Positions 16,327 through 23,260 of a stretch of DNA of 37,737 bases are shown here, piece after piece. The stretch is from a virus: positions 1 through 37,737 of IMG/VR virus record IMGVR_UViG_3300045988_053781. One strand, written 5' to 3'. The notes under the pieces were generated by a model. It worked only from the letters and a program-made list of their open reading frames with translations, searched no databases and was not told where the DNA came from. A program made the position numbers and the translations under genes. Numbering within the stretch: position 1 is the first letter of the stretch; every line of letters starts with the position of its first letter.

Positions 16327-17046
16327 TTATGGATTGTCGTCTACAAGCGGGGCATTATCTGCCTTTTCGCCCTCTGCTACTGGGTAGCTTTTTACTTGGG
16401 TTCCGCTGCCGTTTTTCGCGGATTCCTTGACGGTTTCCCACTTGGTCAACGTGATTCCTTGCCGATCGGCTTCTTCTTGAATTGCCCGACGTAAGAAGTC
16501 AAGCACTGCCTGACGCTGTGCGTTCGGTAACTCCAGATACCGTCTGATTAGTATATCTTCCAGTTCTTCAACACCGGAATTCTTTACTACTGTGCTCAGA
16601 TCGTCACGTTCCGGAGCAGGTTCACACCCTAATAAATAATCCGTTGTAACTCCGAAATGATGTGATATTTTCGAAATCATTTCTATACTTAGTTCTCGTT
16701 TTCCGTATTCGTAGCTTGCATATGCGCCTTTTGGGATTCCGAGAAATTCCGCGGTTTTTGACATGGATTCACCTGATTTTTCACGCAGTAATTTCAATGT
16801 TTCATACCAATGTACTGTGTTGCCTTCTTGTAGATCTTCCATTGGATTCACGTCCGATCTACCTAACAAATAATCAGTTGTCACGCCAAAAAGATCTGCA
16901 AGTGCTACAATCGTATCCCCGTTTGGCTCCCGTAAACCGCATTCGTAATTTTTATATGTGGACTGTCCAACTCCGAGAGAATTAGCGATTTCTTTTTGTG
17001 TTTTTCCACTCTTTTTTCGTGCGGCTTTTAGATTTTCGGTATTCAT
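16327..17046 (-). CDS. immR: Phage repressor with two tandem XRE-type HTH domains (ImmR/CI-like)
   Basis: It has two HTH_3-like units (KTQKEIANSLGVGQSTYKNYECGLREP...TTDYLLG and MSKTAEFLGIPKGAYASYEYGKRELS...TTDYLLG). It is divergent from the early operon and followed by immA. Confidence 0.85.
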   Translation of the reverse strand: MNTENLKAARKKSGKTQKEIANSLGVGQSTYKNYECGLREPNGDTIVALADLFGVTTDYLLGRSDVNPMEDLQEGNTVHWYETLKLLREKSGESMSKTAEFLGIPKGAYASYEYGKRELSIEMISKISHHFGVTTDYLLGCEPAPERDDLSTVVKNSGVEELEDILIRRYLELPNAQRQAVLDFLRRAIQEEADRQGITLTKWETVKESAKNGSGTQVKSYPVAEGEKADNAPLVDDNP

Positions 17047-17069
17047 GCTATCACCTCCCTTCTTTTTAT

Positions 17070-17098
17070 ATTATAGCGCGAAATGAAGATTTTGTCAA
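17070..17098 (-). promoter_or_regulatory. Repressor (lysogenic) promoter
   Basis: Minus strand reads TTGACA-AAATCTTCATTTCGCGC-TATAAT (17-nt spacer), about 24 nt upstream of the immR ATG. Confidence 0.6.
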
Positions 17099-17182
17099 TA
17101 CAAAATTTGATTGATGCTACGTTTTGTGTGTGTTGCACAAAATAGTAGACTTTTTTTTGTATACTTTTTTGCAAAAAAAGGC

Positions 17183-17211
17183 TTGACATAGTCTTTATAC
17201 TATGCTATAAT
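17183..17211 (+). promoter_or_regulatory. Early (lytic) promoter
   Basis: TTGACA (17183-17188), 17 nt, TATAAT (17206-17211). It is divergent from the repressor promoter and preceded by the palindrome TTTTTTGCAAAAAA (17165-17178). Confidence 0.65.
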
Positions 17212-17286
17212 TGAATCATCGAAAGCACGATATGAAGACCGTCAACAAGAACGACTGAGCAAGAAATATCACGGAGGAATAAAGAA

Positions 17287-17622
17287 ATGAAATGGATTAA
17301 CGAAAGCAATGTGGAGTTCAATTGTGGAAACCATGCACTGTGTATTTTTAAGTTTGATAACTCTCGCGTGTGGTTTATGTTTGATGCACTTTGCAGCACA
17401 CAGACCGTAAGAACCGAAGCGAGAAAATTAGGTCAAGCGTATGGAGCGAAAGAAGTTACTATCAAATATCTTTGGGACGGTGGTAAAGGTACAGAACCCC
17501 GTGAAAATGTTGTGGATTTTTACTGTTACGCTGGGAAATATTATTTTCGAATCCCGTTGCTTGCACAAGGGTGGGAACGGTGTGAATTCAAAAATTTTGA
17601 GGATTCTGAACTTTTTGTATAA
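17287..17622 (+). CDS. Hypothetical early protein (first gene of the lytic operon; no HTH recognised)
   Basis: 111 aa with RBS GGAGGAA. Confidence 0.55.
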   Translation: MKWINESNVEFNCGNHALCIFKFDNSRVWFMFDALCSTQTVRTEARKLGQAYGAKEVTIKYLWDGGKGTEPRENVVDFYCYAGKYYFRIPLLAQGWERCEFKNFEDSELFV

Positions 17623-17718
17623 CACTTATACATAGCCGTCCGGCGGTACGGCTCTAAACTGACCGTTTCCACATGTCCGCGACTGGCGGACACATTGAAA
17701 GAAAAGAGGTGGGAATAA

Positions 17719-17892
17719 ATGGCGACCGTGAGTGAGCAGAATCTCCGTGATCTACTGGGAATTGCTCTGGAACTGAATGGAGCGTCAGATCTGATCGTTG
17801 CAAAAACACTCGGTTATGTGGAGGGCATTCAGGACACACTGCGAGAAGTAGAGCGAGAAGCGGAACGCACAGACGAAAAGGAAGCTGAATGA
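17719..17892 (+). CDS. Small hypothetical early protein (57 aa, below the ORF-track length cutoff)
   Basis: RBS AAGAGGTGGG lies 5 nt before the ATG. Manual translation gives MATVSEQNLRDLLGIALELNGASDLIVAKTLGYVEGIQDTLREVEREAERTDEKEAE. Its stop overlaps the next start (ATGA). Confidence 0.4.
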   Translation: MATVSEQNLRDLLGIALELNGASDLIVAKTLGYVEGIQDTLREVEREAERTDEKEAE

Positions 17893-18050
17893 TCGAAAAA
17901 GCAGTTCCAGAGGATTTGTGTGCAAAGAAATTGATAGAACTTATTAAAGAATTTTACGCAAAATATCCGGAATTGCTCGAACGAGAACAGGAGAAAAATC
18001 ATGATACTGAAACAGAAGCATGTGAACGAGAACGGGGACACAGTCCTTGA
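17889..18050 (+). CDS. Small hypothetical early protein (53 aa)
   Basis: ATGA coupling to the previous ORF, RBS AAAGGAAG. Manual translation gives MIEKAVPEDLCAKKLIELIKEFYAKYPELLEREQEKNHDTE... Confidence 0.3.
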   Translation: MIEKAVPEDLCAKKLIELIKEFYAKYPELLEREQEKNHDTETEACERERGHSP

Positions 18051-18171
18051 TGTAACTGTGTTTATGCCGTTGGCAAAGCTGGAGAACGTCCACAAGAATG
18101 AGAACGGGGACACAGAATTTGATTGCATCATTCCGTTTGGGTTTCTTTTCCCGATCGTGAATGAAAAGTGA
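18001..18171 (+). CDS. Small hypothetical early protein (56 aa) with an internal NENGDT repeat
   Basis: RBS AGGAGAA precedes the ATG at 18001. It overlaps the end of the previous small ORF in another frame, so only one of the two may be real. Confidence 0.3.
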   Translation: MILKQKHVNENGDTVLDVTVFMPLAKLENVHKNENGDTEFDCIIPFGFLFPIVNEK

Positions 18172-18188
18172 AAGGAGCGAAAGAAACG

Positions 18189-18956
18189 ATGAAAATCGAG
18201 GTTGGAAAGGTGTATCGCGTTGGTAGTAGCGGTTTGGAAACAGGCAATATAATTCAGATCACAAACAAGTACAAAAATTCTGGAAATGTGCGATACGCTT
18301 ATAGTACTATTTCTGGAAAAAAGCCGTGGAATAACTATGAGTTTTTTGACGCCGGTTCTACTTTTTCGAAACGTCTGGAACCCGTGGTACAGTATGAAAA
18401 GCCGGAGATCCTATTGCGAGAACCGAAAATCGTGGTGTGTCGGGACGGAAACCGCGTTACTGCATCATGGTATGAGAACGGAAAGAAAGTCTCTGCCGGC
18501 GTTGCGAAATGCTCTCCAGAAGATACTTTCGACTTTGCGACAGGTGCACGGATTGCGTTTGATCGGCTTATGATCGAAAAACCATCTCTGATTCGTGAGG
18601 ATATGTATCATAAGACAAAAGAAGTTTTATCCACCGTAAAGGATTCGAAAAGTGTTGTCAGCTTGTCAATGTGGACACGGTTTGAACTCGGAAAAATGGC
18701 GGTTCAGGTGAACCGCGAAACGATTAACGATTTCTTGAAAGAGTGTGAAGAACGCGGGTATAAGTGGCGGTGTGGCGATAAAGCAACGGAACGAAATCCG
18801 TTCCGCGATTATGACGGGCTTTCCCCCGTCGGCGTGACCGTGTTCGAGATCCTCAAAATGGTTCCGAAAGACAGTATCTGGATCCGCATGCATGAGGGCA
18901 AGCTTGCGATGGACATTGACGAAAAACCAGACGACGTAGAGGTTTACGAGTGGTAA
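18189..18956 (+). CDS. Hypothetical early protein
   Basis: 255 aa from the ATG at 18189 (RBS AAAGGAG); the track start 18168 is a GTG. The central segment is KIVVCRDGNRVTASWYENGKKVSAGVAKCSPEDTFDFATGARIAFDRL. Confidence 0.55.
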   Translation: MKIEVGKVYRVGSSGLETGNIIQITNKYKNSGNVRYAYSTISGKKPWNNYEFFDAGSTFSKRLEPVVQYEKPEILLREPKIVVCRDGNRVTASWYENGKKVSAGVAKCSPEDTFDFATGARIAFDRLMIEKPSLIREDMYHKTKEVLSTVKDSKSVVSLSMWTRFELGKMAVQVNRETINDFLKECEERGYKWRCGDKATERNPFRDYDGLSPVGVTVFEILKMVPKDSIWIRMHEGKLAMDIDEKPDDVEVYEW

Positions 18957-18990
18957 TAACCATTCGGCTAGCTGTAAAGGGGGTGGTTTT

Positions 18991-19071
18991 GTGGTAAAAT
19001 TGTACAAACATCAGGAAGCAGCTTTACAGGATACGGCTGATTTTACACACGTTGCGTTTTATCACGATTAG
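18991..19071 (+). pseudogene. Detached N-terminal fragment of the SNF2 helicase (26 codons, different frame from the main ORF)
   Basis: RBS AAAGGGGGTG lies 5 nt before the GTG at 18991. Translation VVKLYKHQEAALQDTADFTHVAFYHD* is the usual lead-in to the GLGKT motif. It ends at a TAG, 5 nt before the ATG at 19074. Confidence 0.5.
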
Positions 19072-19073
19072 TT

Positions 19074-20255
19074 ATGGGTTTAGGTAAGACGTTCACAGGT
19101 TCGGAAAAGATGCTGCGGCTCGGTGGGCGTGTGAATCTTGTGATCTGTCAGAAGTCCAAAGTATCTGACTGGGTGGAGCATTTTTGTAAAGAGCGTGAAC
19201 TTGCCACAAGCACGTTTGACTTGACCACCAAAAGCGGATTTGCGGATTTTCTGCGGGAAGCGTCGAATGATTTTGCTGTTGGTGTCGTCAACTACGATCT
19301 TGTTTTTCGTCGTCCGGAATTGCTGAAACTGGAATTTGATACCATTATGTTAGATGAAAGTTCCATGATTCAAAATGATCGGGCAAAGAGAACAAAAGCA
19401 ATTTTGAAGATGAAAACCGACAATGTGATTTTGTTATCTGGTACACCTACGGGTGGTAAGTATGAAAATTTGTATTCACAGTTAAAATTGCTTGGGTGGA
19501 ATATCACAAAAAAGCAATATTATACCGAATTCATCTTAACAAAAAATATTGATGTAGGCGGTTTTAAGATCCCCGTTGTGGTCGGGTATAAAAATATCGG
19601 ACGTTTGAAGCGTCGCATGCGTCAATTCGGCTGTCATTTTCTGAAAACTGAGGACGTTTTCGATCTTCCCCCGCAGACGTTTCAAGATATTTCAGTTCCA
19701 GTTTCATCGAAATATAAACAATTTGTGAAAAATAAAATTGTGGAAATTGACGGAAAGGAACTGGTCGGGGATACCACCTTGACGCAAATGCTATACCAAC
19801 GGCAGTTGTGCGGGGCGTATTCTGCGGAAAAAATGGCATCGTTCACGGATTTGTTAAGTAGTACCGAAGATCGACTGATTGTTTTTTACAATTTCAACGA
19901 TGAACTTGACATGTTGCAATACGCTTGCAAAGAGTGGAACCGCCCTGTTTCAGAGGTAAACGGACAGAAAAAAGACCTGACAGCCTATGAAAACAAGGCG
20001 AACAGCGTTACTTTGATACAGTATCAAGCTGGAGCAATGGGGTTAAATTTACAAAAAAGTAACAAAATTGTATATTTTACTCCCCCGCTGTCCTCTGAAC
20101 TGTACGAACAGAGTAAGAAGCGAACTCACCGCATCGGACAGGAAAGACCGTGTTTTTACTATCGGCTGATCTGTAAGGGCAGTGTGGAAAAGAAAATTTA
20201 TGCCGTTCTCGAAACACGGCACGATTTCACAGAAAAACTATTTTTGAAAGGGTGA
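19074..20255 (+). CDS. SNF2-family DNA helicase / translocase (main body)
   Basis: It starts exactly at motif I (MGLGKTF) and has motif II DESS, LLSGTP, and C-terminal helicase motifs (QAGAMGLNLQ, KKRTHRIGQ). Confidence 0.8.
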   Translation: MGLGKTFTGSEKMLRLGGRVNLVICQKSKVSDWVEHFCKERELATSTFDLTTKSGFADFLREASNDFAVGVVNYDLVFRRPELLKLEFDTIMLDESSMIQNDRAKRTKAILKMKTDNVILLSGTPTGGKYENLYSQLKLLGWNITKKQYYTEFILTKNIDVGGFKIPVVVGYKNIGRLKRRMRQFGCHFLKTEDVFDLPPQTFQDISVPVSSKYKQFVKNKIVEIDGKELVGDTTLTQMLYQRQLCGAYSAEKMASFTDLLSSTEDRLIVFYNFNDELDMLQYACKEWNRPVSEVNGQKKDLTAYENKANSVTLIQYQAGAMGLNLQKSNKIVYFTPPLSSELYEQSKKRTHRIGQERPCFYYRLICKGSVEKKIYAVLETRHDFTEKLFLKG

Positions 20256-20261
20256 AAAGTA

Positions 20262-20564
20262 GTGGGAAGTGCAAAAAAAGTAAGTGGGCTTGATGCGGAC
20301 AAGCTGGGGGATTATCTGCGGGAGCATGGTATACAGCCCTCTGTGCTGTCTGTCAATATGGGGGCTAGCCCCTCATACATGAGCCGGATCCTCAGCGGTG
20401 GAAATGTGATGTCACAAATGGCATACACTTCCATGTGCCACTGTCTGAATGTTTCGGAAACGGAATTTATCAAGAAGAAGCCTTCTGAACTCTCTCTTGA
20501 TGAAGTGTATCTGAAACGCATAGAAGAAAAGCTTGATGTGATTCTTCGGCGGCTGGGGTGCTGA
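20262..20564 (+). CDS. Small HTH-like protein
   Basis: 100 aa with a GTG start. The LGDYLREHGIQPSVLSVNMGASPSYMSRILSG segment resembles an XRE-like HTH. Confidence 0.4.
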   Translation: MGSAKKVSGLDADKLGDYLREHGIQPSVLSVNMGASPSYMSRILSGGNVMSQMAYTSMCHCLNVSETEFIKKKPSELSLDEVYLKRIEEKLDVILRRLGC

Positions 20565-20565
20565 C

Positions 20566-20898
20566 ATGGGAGCAGAAAAACTTTTTGAAAACAAAGTCAA
20601 AACTTTTCTGCAAAGTCGTGGAGCATGGTTTGTGAAATATTGGGCTGGTGCTCAGTACACAAAAAGCGGCGTGCCTGATATTTTAGCATGTGTCAACGGC
20701 TATTTTGTTGGGATCGAGGTCAAGGCTCAGAACGGGAAACCGTCTGAAATACAACTTTATAACGTCCGGAAAATCGTTGCGGCTGGTGGATTTGCTTTCG
20801 TGCTATACCCGTCAAAATTCGAAGAATTCAAGTCTTTTGTTGACGGATTGCGAATTGATTCATACAACCGTGATGAAATTCCGGAAATTTGGAGGTGA
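20566..20898 (+). CDS. VRR-NUC domain nuclease
   Basis: The GVPDILACVNGYFVGIEVKAQNGKPSEIQ motif pattern (D...E-x-K). VRR-NUC genes typically sit next to phage SNF2 helicases. Confidence 0.7.
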   Translation: MGAEKLFENKVKTFLQSRGAWFVKYWAGAQYTKSGVPDILACVNGYFVGIEVKAQNGKPSEIQLYNVRKIVAAGGFAFVLYPSKFEEFKSFVDGLRIDSYNRDEIPEIWR

Positions 20899-20904
20899 AA
20901 AAGA

Positions 20905-21402
20905 ATGTCAACCATGTACGAGTTAACTGCGGATTATCTGGAAGTTCTGGATCTGGCAAATGATCCGGATATTCCGCCGGAGGTAGTCGCTGATACTCTG
21001 GAGGGTATCGACGGGGAAATCGAAGTCAAGGCGGAAAACACCGCGAAAATTCTGAAAGAGTTGGAAGCGAGTGTCACTGCATCAAAGGCAGAGGAAAAGC
21101 GACTGGCGGAACGCCGGAAACAGCTGGAAACCAACGTTCAGAAAATTAAGGAACGGCTGTTTGACATGATGAAAACAACGGGTAAAGTAAAGTTCAAGAC
21201 CGACTTGTTTTCATTTTCCATTCAAAAGAACGGCGGTAAGTTGCCGGTCGTCCTTGATGTGAAAGACACGTCGGAACTTCCCGACGATCTTGTAAAAATC
21301 ACGGAAACCGCAGATCTGGAAGCAATCCGTGAACTGCTGGACAGTGGTGATACCAGATTCGCCCATTATGGCGAACGTGGCGAAAGTTTAAGGATTAAGT
21401 GA
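20905..21402 (+). CDS. Siphovirus Gp157-like protein
   Basis: 165 aa coiled-coil protein. The N-terminus MYELTADYLEVLDLANDPDIPPEVVADTLEGIDGEIE is typical of this family. It precedes the AAA_24 ATPase as in many Gram-positive phages. Confidence 0.6.
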   Translation: MSTMYELTADYLEVLDLANDPDIPPEVVADTLEGIDGEIEVKAENTAKILKELEASVTASKAEEKRLAERRKQLETNVQKIKERLFDMMKTTGKVKFKTDLFSFSIQKNGGKLPVVLDVKDTSELPDDLVKITETADLEAIRELLDSGDTRFAHYGERGESLRIK

Positions 21403-21418
21403 AAGCGAGGTAAAAACA

Positions 21419-22300
21419 ATGGGAATTCCTGTATTTATTCTTGGACATAGCGGCACCGGAAAAAGCACGAGCCTGCGAAATTTCAAAAGTGATGAAATTT
21501 TGCATATCAATGTTATACGAAAGCCGCTTCCTTTTAAGGGACGTTTTGCAGAAACCTACGAAGGCGACGACTACGCCGGCATTGCGAAAGCGATTAACGC
21601 CACCAAAAAGAAAACGATTGTCATTGATGATGCACAGTATCTTATGGCGAACGAGTTCATGCGGCGTTCTTTCGAAAAGGGCTATGACAAATTCACAGAA
21701 ATTGGCTATAATTTCTGGACGCTTGTAAATGGTGCATCTATGGATCTGCCGTTTGACACGATCGTATATTTTTTGATGCACACCGACAGCGACGACAACG
21801 GCAACGAGAAAGCGAAAACAATCGGGAAACTGCTGGACGAAAAGATCACTCTGGAGGGCATGACGAGCATTGTGCTCAAAACGGCAGTGAAAGACGGCGT
21901 GTATACATTTACGACACAAAACAATGGTCACGATACTGTGAAAAGCCCGCTGGGAATGTTTTCCACGTATGAGATTGACAACGATTTGAAAGCGGTTGAC
22001 ACCGCGATCCGGAAATACTGGGAACTCAGAACGCCGATTGAAGATTCTGCCAAAATCATGGCGGAACATGATGCTGAAGTAGAATGCGGCGGTGTGTCTA
22101 CAGACGCTCCGAAGCCGGAAAAGCGTACACGTCGGAGAAGAACCGAAGAACAGCCCGCAGAAGCACCCAGCCGCCCCGCAGAGAGCGAGAACGAAGAAAC
22201 CGAGGAAACTACACCCCCGCGAGAGCGTCGCCGCAGACGGGCAACAGAAGCAACTACAGAGGAAGAACCGAAACCCCGACGCAGACGCACATGGGAATAA
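21419..22300 (+). CDS. AAA_24 / Sak4-like ATPase with an Arg/Glu/Pro-rich low-complexity tail
   Basis: Walker A GHSGTGKST and Walker B-like IVIDDAQ. The C-terminal 80 aa or so carry three RRRR(R) clusters. Confidence 0.6.
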   Translation: MGIPVFILGHSGTGKSTSLRNFKSDEILHINVIRKPLPFKGRFAETYEGDDYAGIAKAINATKKKTIVIDDAQYLMANEFMRRSFEKGYDKFTEIGYNFWTLVNGASMDLPFDTIVYFLMHTDSDDNGNEKAKTIGKLLDEKITLEGMTSIVLKTAVKDGVYTFTTQNNGHDTVKSPLGMFSTYEIDNDLKAVDTAIRKYWELRTPIEDSAKIMAEHDAEVECGGVSTDAPKPEKRTRRRRTEEQPAEAPSRPAESENEETEETTPPRERRRRRATEATTEEEPKPRRRRTWE

Positions 22301-22315
22301 TAGGAGGAACGAAAG

Positions 22316-22729
22316 ATGAAGTTTGAAAAGTTTGTGAAGCTGGTGAGAATTCCGGAGGGTGCGAACGTCGTTGCTGCAATTGCCCGCAAAATGCCAGAAT
22401 GGTATGAAGAAATTCTGAACGATGTGGAGGACGATTGCACATACAAGGCAGAGTTGACCGGTGCAGAACTGCCGACACCCGACGCAAGCCCCGCACAGAT
22501 CCTACGGATTTTCACGGATTCTTGTGGCGGTCGAGTTGCGATTGATAACAAGACCTTCGCAATTATCGAAAAGTCGGACAAGGTTTTCATTTGTCCGGAT
22601 ACCTACGACGACAGCAAGAGTGCTGCGGCGTTGGCAGTCTGCCACGGTTTTGGTGATGATGCAGAAATTGCTGGGATTGTTTTCAGTGAGGACTATTTCA
22701 GAAAGATGAATGAAAAGGAGAAAGTATAA
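22316..22729 (+). CDS. Hypothetical protein
   Basis: 137 aa with RBS AGGAGGAA. Confidence 0.5.
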   Translation: MKFEKFVKLVRIPEGANVVAAIARKMPEWYEEILNDVEDDCTYKAELTGAELPTPDASPAQILRIFTDSCGGRVAIDNKTFAIIEKSDKVFICPDTYDDSKSAAALAVCHGFGDDAEIAGIVFSEDYFRKMNEKEKV

Positions 22730-23172
22730 TGGCTATTGATTTCAAGAAGTTTAACGAACAGTTTCCGGCGGATAAGATGAAATCTGCAATGGCAGAAGCC
22801 AAGGAAAACCAGCTGTCCGATGGTGAGTATACCGCACGGCTGGAGAAAATGGAACTGGGAGAATCTAGCAAGGGTGCTCTGATGCTTAAAGCACAGTTCC
22901 GGATCACAGAGGGAGAGCACAAGAAGCAGTGCATTTTCAAGAATCAGGTGTTGACCGGAACAAAGAATGACGGCTTCATGTTGGTAAAGGCAAATGAATT
23001 TCTGGAAAGCCTTGACAGCGGAATTCCCGTAGTCTTTGAGGACTGGGAACAGTATAACGATCTGATTCTTGACATCGCTGAAGCAGTGCAGGAAGATAAG
23101 TTGCGGTACTTGATTGTGTTGGATACAGAGGGAAAGTACCAGAATGCGGACATCGCAGACATTTTGGACTAA
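22729..23172 (+). CDS. DUF669-like protein (putative ssDNA-binding accessory of the replication module)
   Basis: 147 aa with TAATG coupling. Pattern: FKKFNEQFP...GEYTARLEKMELGESSKGALMLKAQFRITEGEH. It shows the usual Gp157-ATPase-DUF669 synteny. Confidence 0.55.
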   Translation: MAIDFKKFNEQFPADKMKSAMAEAKENQLSDGEYTARLEKMELGESSKGALMLKAQFRITEGEHKKQCIFKNQVLTGTKNDGFMLVKANEFLESLDSGIPVVFEDWEQYNDLILDIAEAVQEDKLRYLIVLDTEGKYQNADIADILD

Positions 23173-23260
23173 TTGTAAACGGGAACGCTGCAAGAGATAT
23201 GCGGGAAACGGGTGCAGTAAAGAAAAGGGCGTGGTTTCCCTTTTCGGAAAAGGAAATATT

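Noticed and set aside
17228-17254. Eight-codon mini-ORF (MKTVNKND) in the 5' leader of the first lytic gene, considered as a possible leader peptide.
   Set aside because: It has no RBS in front and no obvious attenuator structure coupled to it, and it is too short to support from sequence alone.
17630-17700. GC-rich stem-loops after ORF 17287..17622 (AGCCGT..ACGGCT and TGTCCGC-gactg-GCGGACA), considered as a terminator or small RNA/tRNA.
   Set aside because: No U-tract follows either stem, and no tRNA cloverleaf or conserved T-loop is present. They may modulate read-through, but the evidence is insufficient for a feature call.
19069-19071. The in-frame TAG before the SNF2 GLGKT motif, considered as evidence of stop-codon reassignment (TAG recoding).
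   Set aside because: Read-through alone does not restore the helicase frame, because a second TAG follows 4 codons later. All other genes terminate and read normally under the standard code.
23173-23260. The upstream extension of the polymerase ORF (23114..23260), and the small palindrome CCTTTTCGGAAAAGG considered as a regulatory hairpin.
   Set aside because: The extension overlaps the DUF669 gene end and lacks an RBS. The palindrome has essentially no loop and overlaps the polymerase RBS, so there is not enough evidence for a separate element.
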